Position numbers and translations under genes: made by a program. A stretch of 64,000 nucleotides of DNA, from positions 1-64,000 of the forward strand of contig JAXHVD010000017.1 of NCBI GenBank assembly GCA_034189385.1. Reading direction: 5' to 3'. The notes under the pieces were generated by a model. It was not told the origin of the DNA. It made no database searches and saw only the letters and a list, made by a program, of their open reading frames with translations. The stretch's first letter is position 1, and each line of letters starts with the position of its first letter. This DNA comes from Thermodesulfobacteriota bacterium (GTDB lineage Bacteria; Desulfobacterota; Desulfobacteria; Desulfobacterales; C00003060). Below, piece after piece: positions 48,953-58,745 of this stretch.

Positions 48953-51238
48953 ATGGAACAGCACTTGGAAGAGCATATAGACCTTCGTGATTACCTGCGC
49001 GTGATTCTGAAACGCCGATGGACCGTGATGACGGTTTTCGTCATCATCTTGATCAGCGTTGCCATCTACACCTTCACGGCCACACCGATATACCAGGCCA
49101 CCACCCGCTTGGTCATTGAGAGAGAAAACCCGAATGTGGTTTCTGTTGAAGAGGTCATGGCCGTTGATGCATCGGGCACCGACTATTACCAGACCCAGTA
49201 CAAGATTGTTGAAAGCCGTACCGTGGCCCGCGAGGTAATCAGACGGCTGAACCTGGAAAACAGTGAGGAGTTTTTCCCCACGCCCAAGGACGATCTCTTG
49301 TCTAGCCTGAAACGGTCTGTCGTGGAGACCGTGGCCTCCTGGAAGGAATCGATCACCTCTTTGCTTAAGATAGAAGAAGAGAAAGGGGCCGACGGTTCGG
49401 AAGCATATGCGCCCGATACTGCCCTGGTGTCCGATTTCATTGATAGGATTACTGTTGGTCCCATTCGCAACAGCCGTCTTGTAGACGTGAGCTTCCGGGC
49501 AGCGGACCCTGTGCTGGCCACCAAGATCGTCAACACCCTGGCCAGGGCCTATATAGACCAAAACCTGGAGACCAAGCTCGTGGCCGTGCAGAATGCAGGC
49601 AAATGGCTCCACACGAGAATCGACGAGGAGCGCGAAAAGGTGGAAAAGGCCGAGGAGTTGCTCCTTCAATACAAAGAGACACACGGCATTGTGACGGATT
49701 TTTCAAGCGATGTGGAGCAGGTGACGGCGCAGAAGCTTGCACAGCTCAACTCCCAGGTGGTCCAGGCAGAATCCAGGCGCGTGGAAGCTGAAACCCGCTA
49801 CAACCAGGCCCTTGCCCTGGTGGGCTCTCCTGACATGCTGGATTCCATCCCAGAAGTGCTCAACAACGAGTTGATCCGGCAAATCAAATCCATGGAGGTC
49901 GACCTATACAAGCGGATGTCGGAGCTTTCTAAGAAATATGGGCAGAAACACCCTCAAATGTTGGCCATCGAATCGGAGCTCCAGACCCTTCAGAAACGAA
50001 AGGCCCAAGAGGTGGATCGCGTCATCAACTCCTTGCGGAACGAGTACAGGGTGACACTGGCAAAGGAGAAGTCCTTAAAAGAGGCCCTGAACAAACAGAA
50101 GAAGGAGGCCCTCGACCTGAACCAAAAGGCCATCAAGTACGGGGTGCTCCGACGGGAAGCAGACAGTGCCAGGCATATGTACGAAGTGTTGATCAAGCGC
50201 TTTAAGGAGACGAGCCTTACAGAAGATATGAAGACCGGCAACATCAGGGTCATAGACAGGGCAGAGGTGCCGTCTTTCCCTGTAACACCCAGAAAAAAGC
50301 TGAACCTTCTCATGGCTGTCACGCTAGGTCTCTTTGCGGGCATCGGCCTGGCCTTCTTCTTTGAATACCTGGATAACACCATCAAGGTTCCGGAAGATGT
50401 GAAACGACATCTTAAGATCCCTTATCTGGGCCCCGTTCCGCTTTTTGAAGTAAACGGCCAAGGCAAACAAGACGGCACAAGACCTGAACTGGTTACGGTC
50501 CTTGCCCCCAAGTCCACGGCCAGCGAATCCTATCGCGGCATCCGCACCAGCATCCTGTTCTCTTCTGCTGAATCATCTCCTCAGGTCATCCTCGTGAGTA
50601 GTGTGGGACCTGCGGAAGGAAAGACCATTACCACTGCAAACCTGGCCATCACCATGGCCCAGTACGGGAGCAAGGTCATTGTCCTGGATTGCGACATGCG
50701 CAAGCCTAGGATGGACCAAATCCTGGGCGTGCCCAGGAATGAAGGGATGTCCAATCTTCTTGTGGGAAGCAATGCCAACATCCTTCGCACGGGCGTTCCC
50801 AACCTAGACGTCATCCCGGCAGGCCCTATTCCACCAAACCCATCGGAGATATTGGGCTCTGCCCGCATGGCCCACTTGTTGGGGACATTGCGTAAACGTT
50901 ACACCCGCGTTCTGATCGACTCTCCGCCTTCCACGGCCGTCACCGATGCCGTGGCCCTCTCAAAATCGGTAGATGGTATTATCCTCGTCATTCGTGCCGG
51001 GACGACGACAAGAGAAATGGCAAAAAACGGCGTGGCCCAGTTTGACGCCGTCGGGGCCCCCATGCTTGGTGTGGTCTTAAACGGTGTAGGCGTTGGGAGG
51101 GATAGTTATTATTACTATCAGTATTCTTACGACTATTATGGCGATGACGGAGACAAGAGGAGAAGGCCCCGCAGCAAGAAGACCCCCATGGGCCTAGAGG
51201 GCGACGACAAGGCCCCGCCGACGAGATTGGATGTTTAG
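48953..51238 (+). CDS. wzc: Wzc-type polysaccharide co-polymerase / BY tyrosine kinase
   Basis: IDLRDYL, PIYQAT, KHPQ, two TMs, SESYRGIRT, AEGKT, DCDMR, IDSPP, C-terminal Tyr cluster. Confidence 0.92.
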   Translation: MEQHLEEHIDLRDYLRVILKRRWTVMTVFVIILISVAIYTFTATPIYQATTRLVIERENPNVVSVEEVMAVDASGTDYYQTQYKIVESRTVAREVIRRLNLENSEEFFPTPKDDLLSSLKRSVVETVASWKESITSLLKIEEEKGADGSEAYAPDTALVSDFIDRITVGPIRNSRLVDVSFRAADPVLATKIVNTLARAYIDQNLETKLVAVQNAGKWLHTRIDEEREKVEKAEELLLQYKETHGIVTDFSSDVEQVTAQKLAQLNSQVVQAESRRVEAETRYNQALALVGSPDMLDSIPEVLNNELIRQIKSMEVDLYKRMSELSKKYGQKHPQMLAIESELQTLQKRKAQEVDRVINSLRNEYRVTLAKEKSLKEALNKQKKEALDLNQKAIKYGVLRREADSARHMYEVLIKRFKETSLTEDMKTGNIRVIDRAEVPSFPVTPRKKLNLLMAVTLGLFAGIGLAFFFEYLDNTIKVPEDVKRHLKIPYLGPVPLFEVNGQGKQDGTRPELVTVLAPKSTASESYRGIRTSILFSSAESSPQVILVSSVGPAEGKTITTANLAITMAQYGSKVIVLDCDMRKPRMDQILGVPRNEGMSNLLVGSNANILRTGVPNLDVIPAGPIPPNPSEILGSARMAHLLGTLRKRYTRVLIDSPPSTAVTDAVALSKSVDGIILVIRAGTTTREMAKNGVAQFDAVGAPMLGVVLNGVGVGRDSYYYYQYSYDYYGDDGDKRRRPRSKKTPMGLEGDDKAPPTRLDV

Positions 51239-51393
51239 GCAAGGGAGGCGCAATGAGATCACAACCGGCTCTTTGCGATTCTGAGAGCAAAAGATCCCTT
51301 AGAGAGAGGGTGGTGCCCGATACCAGTATGCCACAGATCATGCAAAGCCGGTTGCCATGAAATCCCCAGTCCCAGAAGTCTGAGAGCGCCCCG

Positions 51394-52182
51394 GTGATCG
51401 ACCTGCATTGCCATATCCTTCCTGGTGTGGATGATGGATCCCGCTCCCTGAAAGAAAGCCTGGCCATGGCACAGATGGCTGTCAGAGACGGTATCCACAC
51501 GATTGTGGCCACGGCCCATACCCTCAATGGTATCTACGTCAACCCCATTAACAAGGTTGTGTCATGGGCCCATGCCCTTGAAAAGGCCTTTGCCAAGAAT
51601 GGCATTTCGCTTCGACTCTTCGCTGGTTCTGAGGTGCACATATGTCCCCATATGGTAGAGCAGATTAAAAAGGGGACGGCCGGCACCATCAACAGGGGGG
51701 GGAAGTATCTGTTGCTGGAACTCCCTTCACAGAGCATTCCCGGTGGTGTGAAGGAAGAGATTTTTTCTCTGAAGTTAAATGGCATTACGCCGATCATCGC
51801 CCATCCGGAACGCAATGCCCTCATACGGAGGGATTCGAATATCCTGTATGAACTGATTGGCATGGGGGCACTCAGTCAGGTGACGGCCATGAGCGTGACC
51901 GGAGGCTTTGGCGTAGCCGTGAGGCAGTCGGCTGAAACCCTGTTGAGGCAGCGGATGTGTCACGTCATTGCAAGCGATGCCCATTCTGCCGTCGCCCGCC
52001 CCCCGGTCTTGTCAGAGGCCGTGGAGGATGCAGCGGACATACTGGGCAGCTATGAGGAGGCAGCGCGCATGGTCACAGATGTGCCGGCTGCCATTGTTTC
52101 GGGCAGGGTCCCAGAGATTGCAGAACCAAGGCCGGCCCGAAGCAGGGTTCCCTTCTACAAGAGGTGGTTCAAGAAGTCCTGA
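51394..52182 (+). CDS. CpsB/CapC-type PHP-family protein tyrosine phosphatase
   Basis: IDLHCHILPGVDDG, ATAH, IAHPERN, IASDAH. Confidence 0.92.
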   Translation: MIDLHCHILPGVDDGSRSLKESLAMAQMAVRDGIHTIVATAHTLNGIYVNPINKVVSWAHALEKAFAKNGISLRLFAGSEVHICPHMVEQIKKGTAGTINRGGKYLLLELPSQSIPGGVKEEIFSLKLNGITPIIAHPERNALIRRDSNILYELIGMGALSQVTAMSVTGGFGVAVRQSAETLLRQRMCHVIASDAHSAVARPPVLSEAVEDAADILGSYEEAARMVTDVPAAIVSGRVPEIAEPRPARSRVPFYKRWFKKS

Positions 52183-52315
52183 GAATGCCGAGTCAACACC
52201 ATCAGGTCGTGGCCGTGGGCGTCTACAATGGACGTTGGAAAGAGTTACGCAAAGTCTTGGTGTGTGAAGGTTCTAGAAGATGGCTCTTTGGCCGGTGCAC
52301 GAAAGGAGGTTCATG

Positions 52316-53143
52316 ATGAAGGTTCGTACCATCGGTTTGTTCGTGGCCTACGTCCTCTTCACGTCGACAGTTTTTCTTGCGGCATCTTTGCCCTGTGCTG
52401 CCCTGACAGCGGCTGAGGTGGAAAACCAGGTCAAGGCAGCCATGGGCACCGGCACTGCGGCAAGAGATGCAGTGAAATCAGCTGTTGCCGGTGCCATTGC
52501 AGAAGGGATGTCAGTAAAAGAGGCGGCTCGAGCCGCCGCAAAGGGTGCCGTTGAAGCGGCGTCGGCCATGGGGCGGGACATCCACCCGGCCATCAAGGGT
52601 GCTGTCATGGGGGCAGCCGCGGGGGCTGCTGCTACTGGGCTCGATACGAATGGGGCCATTGAGGGTGCCTCAGAGGGGGGCATCATGGCAGTTGCGGCAG
52701 CCGGTGCAGATGTCCGAATTGCCGCGCAAGCTGCTGTGTGCGGGGCGGTGTTGATTGCCGCGGAACAAGGGCGCAACACCACTGCCGCTCTTTCCAGCGC
52801 TGTGAACGGTCTGTTGAGCGGTTCCATCGGCTCCAAGCTGGGCCCTGAGCAGACAGAAGGCACGGTCTATGGTGCCGCCCAGGGGGCCAGAGTTGCGGCT
52901 GCGGCCACGGGCCAGGACAGGGCGGCTCTTTTCAGTGCATTGACAGACAGTGTGTCCCGAGCTGCAGAGGCCCACGGGCTTCCTCCCGGCACCTTGATTG
53001 GTGCTGCAAGGGGCGGTATGGCCGACAGGGGCCCGTGCGCCGGTTGCCCGACGCCCAGGGCAGTGGAAAGGCCGGCGGCAATACCTTCCGTTGCTCCCGA
53101 TGCGGTGGAACCGGTCCCTGACCCGACGGCAAGTCCCATCTAG
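52316..53143 (+). CDS. Secreted Ala/Gly-rich repeat protein ending PTASPI
   Basis: AGGAGGT RBS, signal peptide, repeated A/G helical units, Pro-rich tail. Confidence 0.78.
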   Translation: MKVRTIGLFVAYVLFTSTVFLAASLPCAALTAAEVENQVKAAMGTGTAARDAVKSAVAGAIAEGMSVKEAARAAAKGAVEAASAMGRDIHPAIKGAVMGAAAGAAATGLDTNGAIEGASEGGIMAVAAAGADVRIAAQAAVCGAVLIAAEQGRNTTAALSSAVNGLLSGSIGSKLGPEQTEGTVYGAAQGARVAAAATGQDRAALFSALTDSVSRAAEAHGLPPGTLIGAARGGMADRGPCAGCPTPRAVERPAAIPSVAPDAVEPVPDPTASPI

Positions 53144-53174
53144 CGTCGTGTCTCTAAAAACTAGAGTGCCGCCA

Positions 53175-53378
53175 TGAAGCCGTTTTCCTGGCTCCGTGAG
53201 CATTTTCGGGACTGCGCTGAGCCGAATCATGCACGAAGTGGCTCTTTTCAAGCCGTCAGGCGCAACCATTAGCGCTATAACTTTGCGCTGCGGCGGATCA
53301 AAGAGTTTATGATTCTTAGCGCTTCACGCAGCTGACGTCTGATTCCGAAAATACTCAATGTCGCACGTAAAGGGCTTT
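53175..53378. repeat. Family A-related structured element
   Basis: cgtgagcatt..., gcacgaagtg, gcgctata, gcggcggatcaaa, ctcaatgtcg shared with 310-521. Confidence 0.55.
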
Positions 53379-53528
53379 GGGCCGCACAGGGACCAATGAC
53401 ACTTATTTCTGGTTCATGACACTAGGGCCGTGTCTTGGCAAGGGGTCAGATAAGTAAAAGAGCTCACAGAACTAAGTGAAAAGGGGTTGTGCGAAGCTCT
53501 CATGTTAAAGAGGGGAGGAGATATTGAA

Positions 53529-54773
53529 ATGCTGAATCCAGCTTGCATCCAGAGTCCAGATCTTGAACGCCTAAACACCAGAAGGGGGCCACACAAATGC
53601 TTTTTCTTTGGCATTCTTCTTCTGCTTTTAGGCTGTCCGGCCGCCTTTGCTGCTGTTGAAACGGATATCGTGTTCTCACTCGATACAGAAGAGCAGTATA
53701 GCGACAATTATTACAGACGGGGGAGCAAGGAGATAGAGGTGTACACCACCGTCATCAGACCAGCCATCACCGGTAAGGCCTGGACGGGTCGGAGTTCCTT
53801 TCTTTTTTCCTATGCGCCTACCTTAAATTACTACCACGATGACAGCTCCAGGGTACGTGCCTCTGACGATGATTTTGTGGGACACGAGCTGGAGCTTGCG
53901 GCAGAAACCACATTGTTTGAGCGCCTGGGGTTTACCCTCACAGAGAGGTTTCAGCGCACCAGGGAGCCGGGGGCCTTCGACGCCCTGCTCGAGGCTGAGG
54001 CAGACAGGGAAGAGTACAAAGTCAATCGGATAGGTCCCTTCCTGACCTATGATTTTGCAGAGAAGTTTACGGCCATTGTTGGCTATCAAAACGAGTTCTA
54101 CGATTACGAGGACTCCGAGGATTCTGATGAGCACCGGGGGGTTTTCACCCTCAGGTACCACTTGGATGATCGGAATTCCATTGAAGTGGAGGACCAGTAC
54201 TGGAAAAGGCTCTATGACGATACTCCTGACTATACCTCGAACCAGGTCAAGCTTATCTTCAGGAGGGAACTGAGCGATTTTCTCAAGTGTGAGATCGGCG
54301 GGGGCTACCACGATCGGGAGTTTGAATCAGGAGCTGAAAACGTGGAAGACTTCCACAGTTTTATCTACAGGGTGGCCCTAACGGGCGAGTCTGATGTAAG
54401 CCGGGTCTTTCTCAGCTACCGACGAAACCTAAACGACGTATCCCTGGGAACCTCGTACTTTGATGCGCACAGGCTTACACTGGACCTAGAGCACACTGTC
54501 TTTGACAGGCTGAGAGGCATTCTGGGGGGATATTACCAGGATAACGATTATGACACCTGGACCGGCGTGACTTCTGGCGGGAACTTGGATCTGCGGGAAG
54601 ACGAAATTTGGAGCGGTCACCTTGGCGTCAGATACTGGTTTGCCGACTGGATATCTGCCGGGCTCCACTATGAGTACACGGACAGAGATTCCAATATCGC
54701 GGGGGAAAGCTATACGGAAAACAGGGTCTTTGGAAATATCAGGTTTGAATACAGCACAGCCAAAAGGCTGTAG
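53529..54773 (+). CDS. Outer membrane beta-barrel protein (BBP2-like), second copy
   Basis: GGAGGAG RBS, YSDNYY, RDSN...YTENRV C-terminal strands. Confidence 0.82.
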   Translation: MLNPACIQSPDLERLNTRRGPHKCFFFGILLLLLGCPAAFAAVETDIVFSLDTEEQYSDNYYRRGSKEIEVYTTVIRPAITGKAWTGRSSFLFSYAPTLNYYHDDSSRVRASDDDFVGHELELAAETTLFERLGFTLTERFQRTREPGAFDALLEAEADREEYKVNRIGPFLTYDFAEKFTAIVGYQNEFYDYEDSEDSDEHRGVFTLRYHLDDRNSIEVEDQYWKRLYDDTPDYTSNQVKLIFRRELSDFLKCEIGGGYHDREFESGAENVEDFHSFIYRVALTGESDVSRVFLSYRRNLNDVSLGTSYFDAHRLTLDLEHTVFDRLRGILGGYYQDNDYDTWTGVTSGGNLDLREDEIWSGHLGVRYWFADWISAGLHYEYTDRDSNIAGESYTENRVFGNIRFEYSTAKRL

Positions 54774-54814
54774 CAGGTTGAGCGAAACGATGGGGGCTGA
54801 GGTGCCGGAGATTC

Positions 54815-55747
54815 ATGGGAAGTAGAAGCAGGCCCAGAGGAGGAGGTCGTTGGCGGGGTGCCTTGATCCTGCTGTCGATCTTTATGGTATGTGGCTTGGC
54901 CACACCGGCCCTTGCTCAGAAAGGAAAATACGTGTTGGGCATCGGTGATAGGCTCTCCTTTCTCCTCTATGCCGGTGGCGAGAGCCAGCTTGAAAGCAAA
55001 GGCCCCATCATGCTCACCATCTCCGAAGAGGGCACGGTGACGCTCCCCTTTCTGGGAAAGGTCCAGGCAGACGGTTTGACCGTTGACCTGCTGACTCAGG
55101 AGATCACGGCGGGCCTGGCCGCCGATTACTTCGTTGATCCTCAGGTTATTTTATCGGTGGTAGATTATCGGAGTAAGAGGGTCTATATCCTGGGCGAGGT
55201 AAAGTCCCCTGGGTCCTACGGTATGGAGCGGGAAAATCCCACCCTCATTGAATTGATATCCATGGCCGGCGGGGCCACTGAGAGGAGGGGTAAGAAGGCC
55301 TTTGTGCTCCGAGGGGCATACGACCATGTGGCCGCCGGAGGCGAGATTGACGAACTGGTAGAAAAAAGGGACCCCATGGCGGTGGACCTGCAACGGCTCC
55401 TGGAAAGGGGAGATCTCACTGCCAACGTCCGGCTTGAGCCCGATGACGTGGTCTATATCCCGCCCAGGGCCTTTGTGGACATTGCCCAGTCCAAGATATA
55501 CGTCATGGGACACGTGAAAAACCCCGGTGTCTATGAATTCCAAGATGGAATTACAGCCTTAAACGCCTGTCTCCTGGCAGGAGGGTTTGCCAAGTTTGCT
55601 GCCGCCAACCGGGCCACCGTGACCCGTGACAACGGGGAAAAGAAGACCGTCATCAAGATTGACCTGAACGATGTCAAGCACGGCAAGGCCGACGATATGG
55701 TGCTCAAACCCGGCGATCGGGTCTATGTCCCTAAGTCGTGGCTGTAG
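54815..55747 (+). CDS. Polysaccharide export (OPX/Wza-like) protein, second copy
   Basis: YVLGIGD, GTVTLPFLG, GEVKSPG, AGG, LKPGDRVYVPKS. Confidence 0.88.
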   Translation: MGSRSRPRGGGRWRGALILLSIFMVCGLATPALAQKGKYVLGIGDRLSFLLYAGGESQLESKGPIMLTISEEGTVTLPFLGKVQADGLTVDLLTQEITAGLAADYFVDPQVILSVVDYRSKRVYILGEVKSPGSYGMERENPTLIELISMAGGATERRGKKAFVLRGAYDHVAAGGEIDELVEKRDPMAVDLQRLLERGDLTANVRLEPDDVVYIPPRAFVDIAQSKIYVMGHVKNPGVYEFQDGITALNACLLAGGFAKFAAANRATVTRDNGEKKTVIKIDLNDVKHGKADDMVLKPGDRVYVPKSWL

Positions 55748-55749
55748 TG

Positions 55750-57258
55750 ATGATGGAACCACACCTTTCAGACATTGACGAACACGTCCACCTTTCCGAC
55801 TACCTCTATGTGGTGAGGAGGCGCAAGGGGGTCATCGTGGCCTTCATGGTCATCTTGGTGACCCTGGTGGCTGTCGTCACCTTTACCATGACGCCTACCT
55901 ATAAGGCCACGGCCCGGATGGTCATTGACAAAGAGTCCAAGAAATCGCCGCTCACGGGAGAACAGCTCGACTATGAATCCTACGCCTCAGAAAGCCTCAC
56001 CTTTCAAACCCATTTCAAGCTGATCAAGAGCCGACCGGTGCTGTCCAAGGTCTATGAGGTCCTCAACCTGGCAGACAGGATGGACCAAGATGGATCGGCC
56101 GGCGCCGTGGCCACCTTTGTGGGCAGCGTTGGCCGCAACCTGAAGAAGCTGGTCCTCCTTTTTCAAGGCAGATCATCTGACTCAAGGCAGCCCAAGGAGG
56201 AAGCCCACGACATCGACCCCGTGGCTGTCTTGGACCAAAAGATTGACGTAGAGCAGGTGCGAAACACGCGGTTGGTGTTGGTCAGCGCCCAAGACCAGGA
56301 CCCTGCCATGGCCCAGGCCATGGCCAACACGGTCTGCAATGCCTATATCCAATACAACATGGACCTGCGCCTTGAGGCGACACAGGGGGTACTCTCGTGG
56401 CTGGCAGACGAGATGGGCAAAATGAAGGAGAAGCTGGAAGAATCAGAGGCCCGGTTTCTGGCCTTTAAAGAGCGGGAGAAGATATTCTCCATTGCAGGCA
56501 AGCAGAAGGTCCACACCCAGAAGATCGGCGAGATCAACACCTCCTATATCAACACCAGATCCAGCCGTGTGGACATAGAGGCAAGGATAGCAGAGCTGGA
56601 AAGAATCCTTGCCAGCGATGCCCTCGTGGAGTTTCCTCCGGCCTTTGCCAGGAACGAGCTGCTCAGCTCCCTGTACGAAGAACAGGCCCTCCTTGCCATT
56701 GAACTGAAGAAGAATCAAAGGGTGTACAAGGCCAAGCATCCCCAGATTGTCAAGATCACCACCAAGTTGGACCAGATAAAGAAACGCTTTCGCACAGAGC
56801 TCCAAAAGGTGCTGTTGAGTTTGCAGTCAGAGCATGCGGTCCTGGCAACAAGGGAAGAGGCCCTTCAGGAGGCCTTGGAGAAGTATGAAAATGACGCCCT
56901 TGAGACCAACAAGAAGGAGGCAGAGTACGCTATCCTGGAAAGAGAGGTCAAGACCAACAAAGAGCTCTACAACGTCATGTCCACCAAGGTGAAGGAGTCT
57001 ATGATATCCCAAGGGATCGAGACGGTGAATATCCGCCTGGCCGAACCGGCATCACGGCCGGCCAGCCCATTTAAGCCAAAGAAGATGCTCAACATCCTCC
57101 TGGCCATCCTGGGCAGTCTCATGGGGGGCATAGGCCTTGCCTTCTTTCTGGAATACCTGGATCAGACGGTGAAGACCCCAGACGACCTCGAGAACCACTT
57201 CAGACTCCCTGTGCTGGCCGTGGTTCAGGATGTATCCACCAATGGAGTGGCAAAATGA
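55750..57258 (+). CDS. GumC/Wzc N-terminal chain-length determinant (no kinase domain)
   Basis: HLSDYL, PTYKAT, KHPQ, PFKPKK + TM, FFLEYLD. Confidence 0.9.
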   Translation: MMEPHLSDIDEHVHLSDYLYVVRRRKGVIVAFMVILVTLVAVVTFTMTPTYKATARMVIDKESKKSPLTGEQLDYESYASESLTFQTHFKLIKSRPVLSKVYEVLNLADRMDQDGSAGAVATFVGSVGRNLKKLVLLFQGRSSDSRQPKEEAHDIDPVAVLDQKIDVEQVRNTRLVLVSAQDQDPAMAQAMANTVCNAYIQYNMDLRLEATQGVLSWLADEMGKMKEKLEESEARFLAFKEREKIFSIAGKQKVHTQKIGEINTSYINTRSSRVDIEARIAELERILASDALVEFPPAFARNELLSSLYEEQALLAIELKKNQRVYKAKHPQIVKITTKLDQIKKRFRTELQKVLLSLQSEHAVLATREEALQEALEKYENDALETNKKEAEYAILEREVKTNKELYNVMSTKVKESMISQGIETVNIRLAEPASRPASPFKPKKMLNILLAILGSLMGGIGLAFFLEYLDQTVKTPDDLENHFRLPVLAVVQDVSTNGVAK

Positions 57259-58703
57259 AGACCCCCGTCCTTTCCGAAAAAGGGGCCCCTAGGGCAAAAG
57301 GGGTCAACGGTCCGTCAGTGGCCCGCCATGGCATGCGTTTGCAGTTGACCGAGGCTTTTCAAGCGCTTAAGGCCAAGGCCCGTCTTCCAAGCTCCAAGGA
57401 GTCGCCTTCTAAGGGTCAGACGGCCAAGCGCCCGGCAGTGCCCCGACATGGGGATTTTAGTCTCATTTCTCCTTTTACAGAGTCCTTTAACACGCTGAGG
57501 GCCAATATCCGTCTCGCCAGGCTGGACAGTCCTGGAAAGGCCTTCCTGGTTACGGGAGCAGCCCCCCAGGAGGGAAAGACCACCGTTGCCGTGAACTTTG
57601 CCGAGTCCCTGGCCTTTGCAGGCCAAAAGGTGCTCCTCATCGAGGGGGACCTGAGGCTGGCGCGGTTTCATCACCTCTTTGGCACAGACCCCAAAAAGGG
57701 GCTTTCCAGTCTTTTGTCTGAGACCTTTAACATCCCTGTGGAAAAGGGGTCTCTGGGCAGCGTGACCCTGGGCGACCTCATGACCCTGATCGACCTTCAG
57801 GAGATGACGGGCGCACTGACCATTACGGACAATGGCGATGCCTATCGATTCACCTTTGAGCTGGGAAGACTGGTTTCCTCTGCCTGGAAGCAGAGGCCCA
57901 GGGAAAAGCACCTTGTCGCCACCCTTGTCAAGAGCGGCAGCCTCACCGTGGATCAGGCCCGAGAGGCCATGAACAGGGCCCGCCAGTTCGGCCAGCGGCT
58001 GCCCCTTGCCTTGCTCAACATGCGTGTCCTGAGTGCCGACCATCTAAAGGGGCCGCTGCGTCTTCAAATCCTGGACACCCTTGGCCAGGCTGTGAATCTT
58101 TCCCGAGCCGAGTACAGGTTTCAGAAAACCTCGCACGTGACCTACGATCGGGGGATCGTAGAGCCGATCCCCTTTAAAGAGATCCTCTCTGACGGGTTGC
58201 CCGGTCTGGCAACACGCCCCTTTATGAGCAGGCAGATCGCCGCTTCCATCACGAAAAAGACGGGGGTAAAAAACCTCCATGTCTTGCCTGCCGGCCCCAC
58301 GCCGCCCAACCCATCAGAGATGCTGGGTTCAAGGCGCATGGCCGCCCTCATGGGCATGCTCAAAGAGGCCTCAGCCTATGACGTGTTGGTGATCGACTCG
58401 CCCCCGGTGACGACGGTGAGCGATGCCTCCATCCTTTCGGTCTTTGCAGACGGCATCATCATGGTCGTCTGTGCGGGAACCCTCAACCGGGCCATGATCC
58501 ACAAGGCCGTTGACCAGCTCCAACAAGTCGACACCCCTCTTTTGGGATTTGTCTTAAACCGGATGAATCCGAAAGAAGAAGAACGCTACTACAGCCATTA
58601 TTATGGATATGGATACCACGACTACTACTACAGAGGAAAACCTAAGGAGCGGGCAGGGCAGGCCTCCGCAGTCCCATCATCTCATGACGCTTCTCAGATA
58701 TAG
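57255..58703 (+). CDS. CpsD/CapB-type BY-kinase with inserted DUF4388-like domain
   Basis: ESFNTLR, QEGKTT, EGDLR, long insert (GSL..VTLGDLM.LI.LQ..TG.L), AGPTPPNPSE, IDSPP, Tyr cluster. Confidence 0.85.
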   Translation: MKTPVLSEKGAPRAKGVNGPSVARHGMRLQLTEAFQALKAKARLPSSKESPSKGQTAKRPAVPRHGDFSLISPFTESFNTLRANIRLARLDSPGKAFLVTGAAPQEGKTTVAVNFAESLAFAGQKVLLIEGDLRLARFHHLFGTDPKKGLSSLLSETFNIPVEKGSLGSVTLGDLMTLIDLQEMTGALTITDNGDAYRFTFELGRLVSSAWKQRPREKHLVATLVKSGSLTVDQAREAMNRARQFGQRLPLALLNMRVLSADHLKGPLRLQILDTLGQAVNLSRAEYRFQKTSHVTYDRGIVEPIPFKEILSDGLPGLATRPFMSRQIAASITKKTGVKNLHVLPAGPTPPNPSEMLGSRRMAALMGMLKEASAYDVLVIDSPPVTTVSDASILSVFADGIIMVVCAGTLNRAMIHKAVDQLQQVDTPLLGFVLNRMNPKEEERYYSHYYGYGYHDYYYRGKPKERAGQASAVPSSHDASQI

Positions 58704-58745
58704 GAGCCTTGGCAGCAAGGCCACGTTTCGGGCCCTTCTCGCTGG

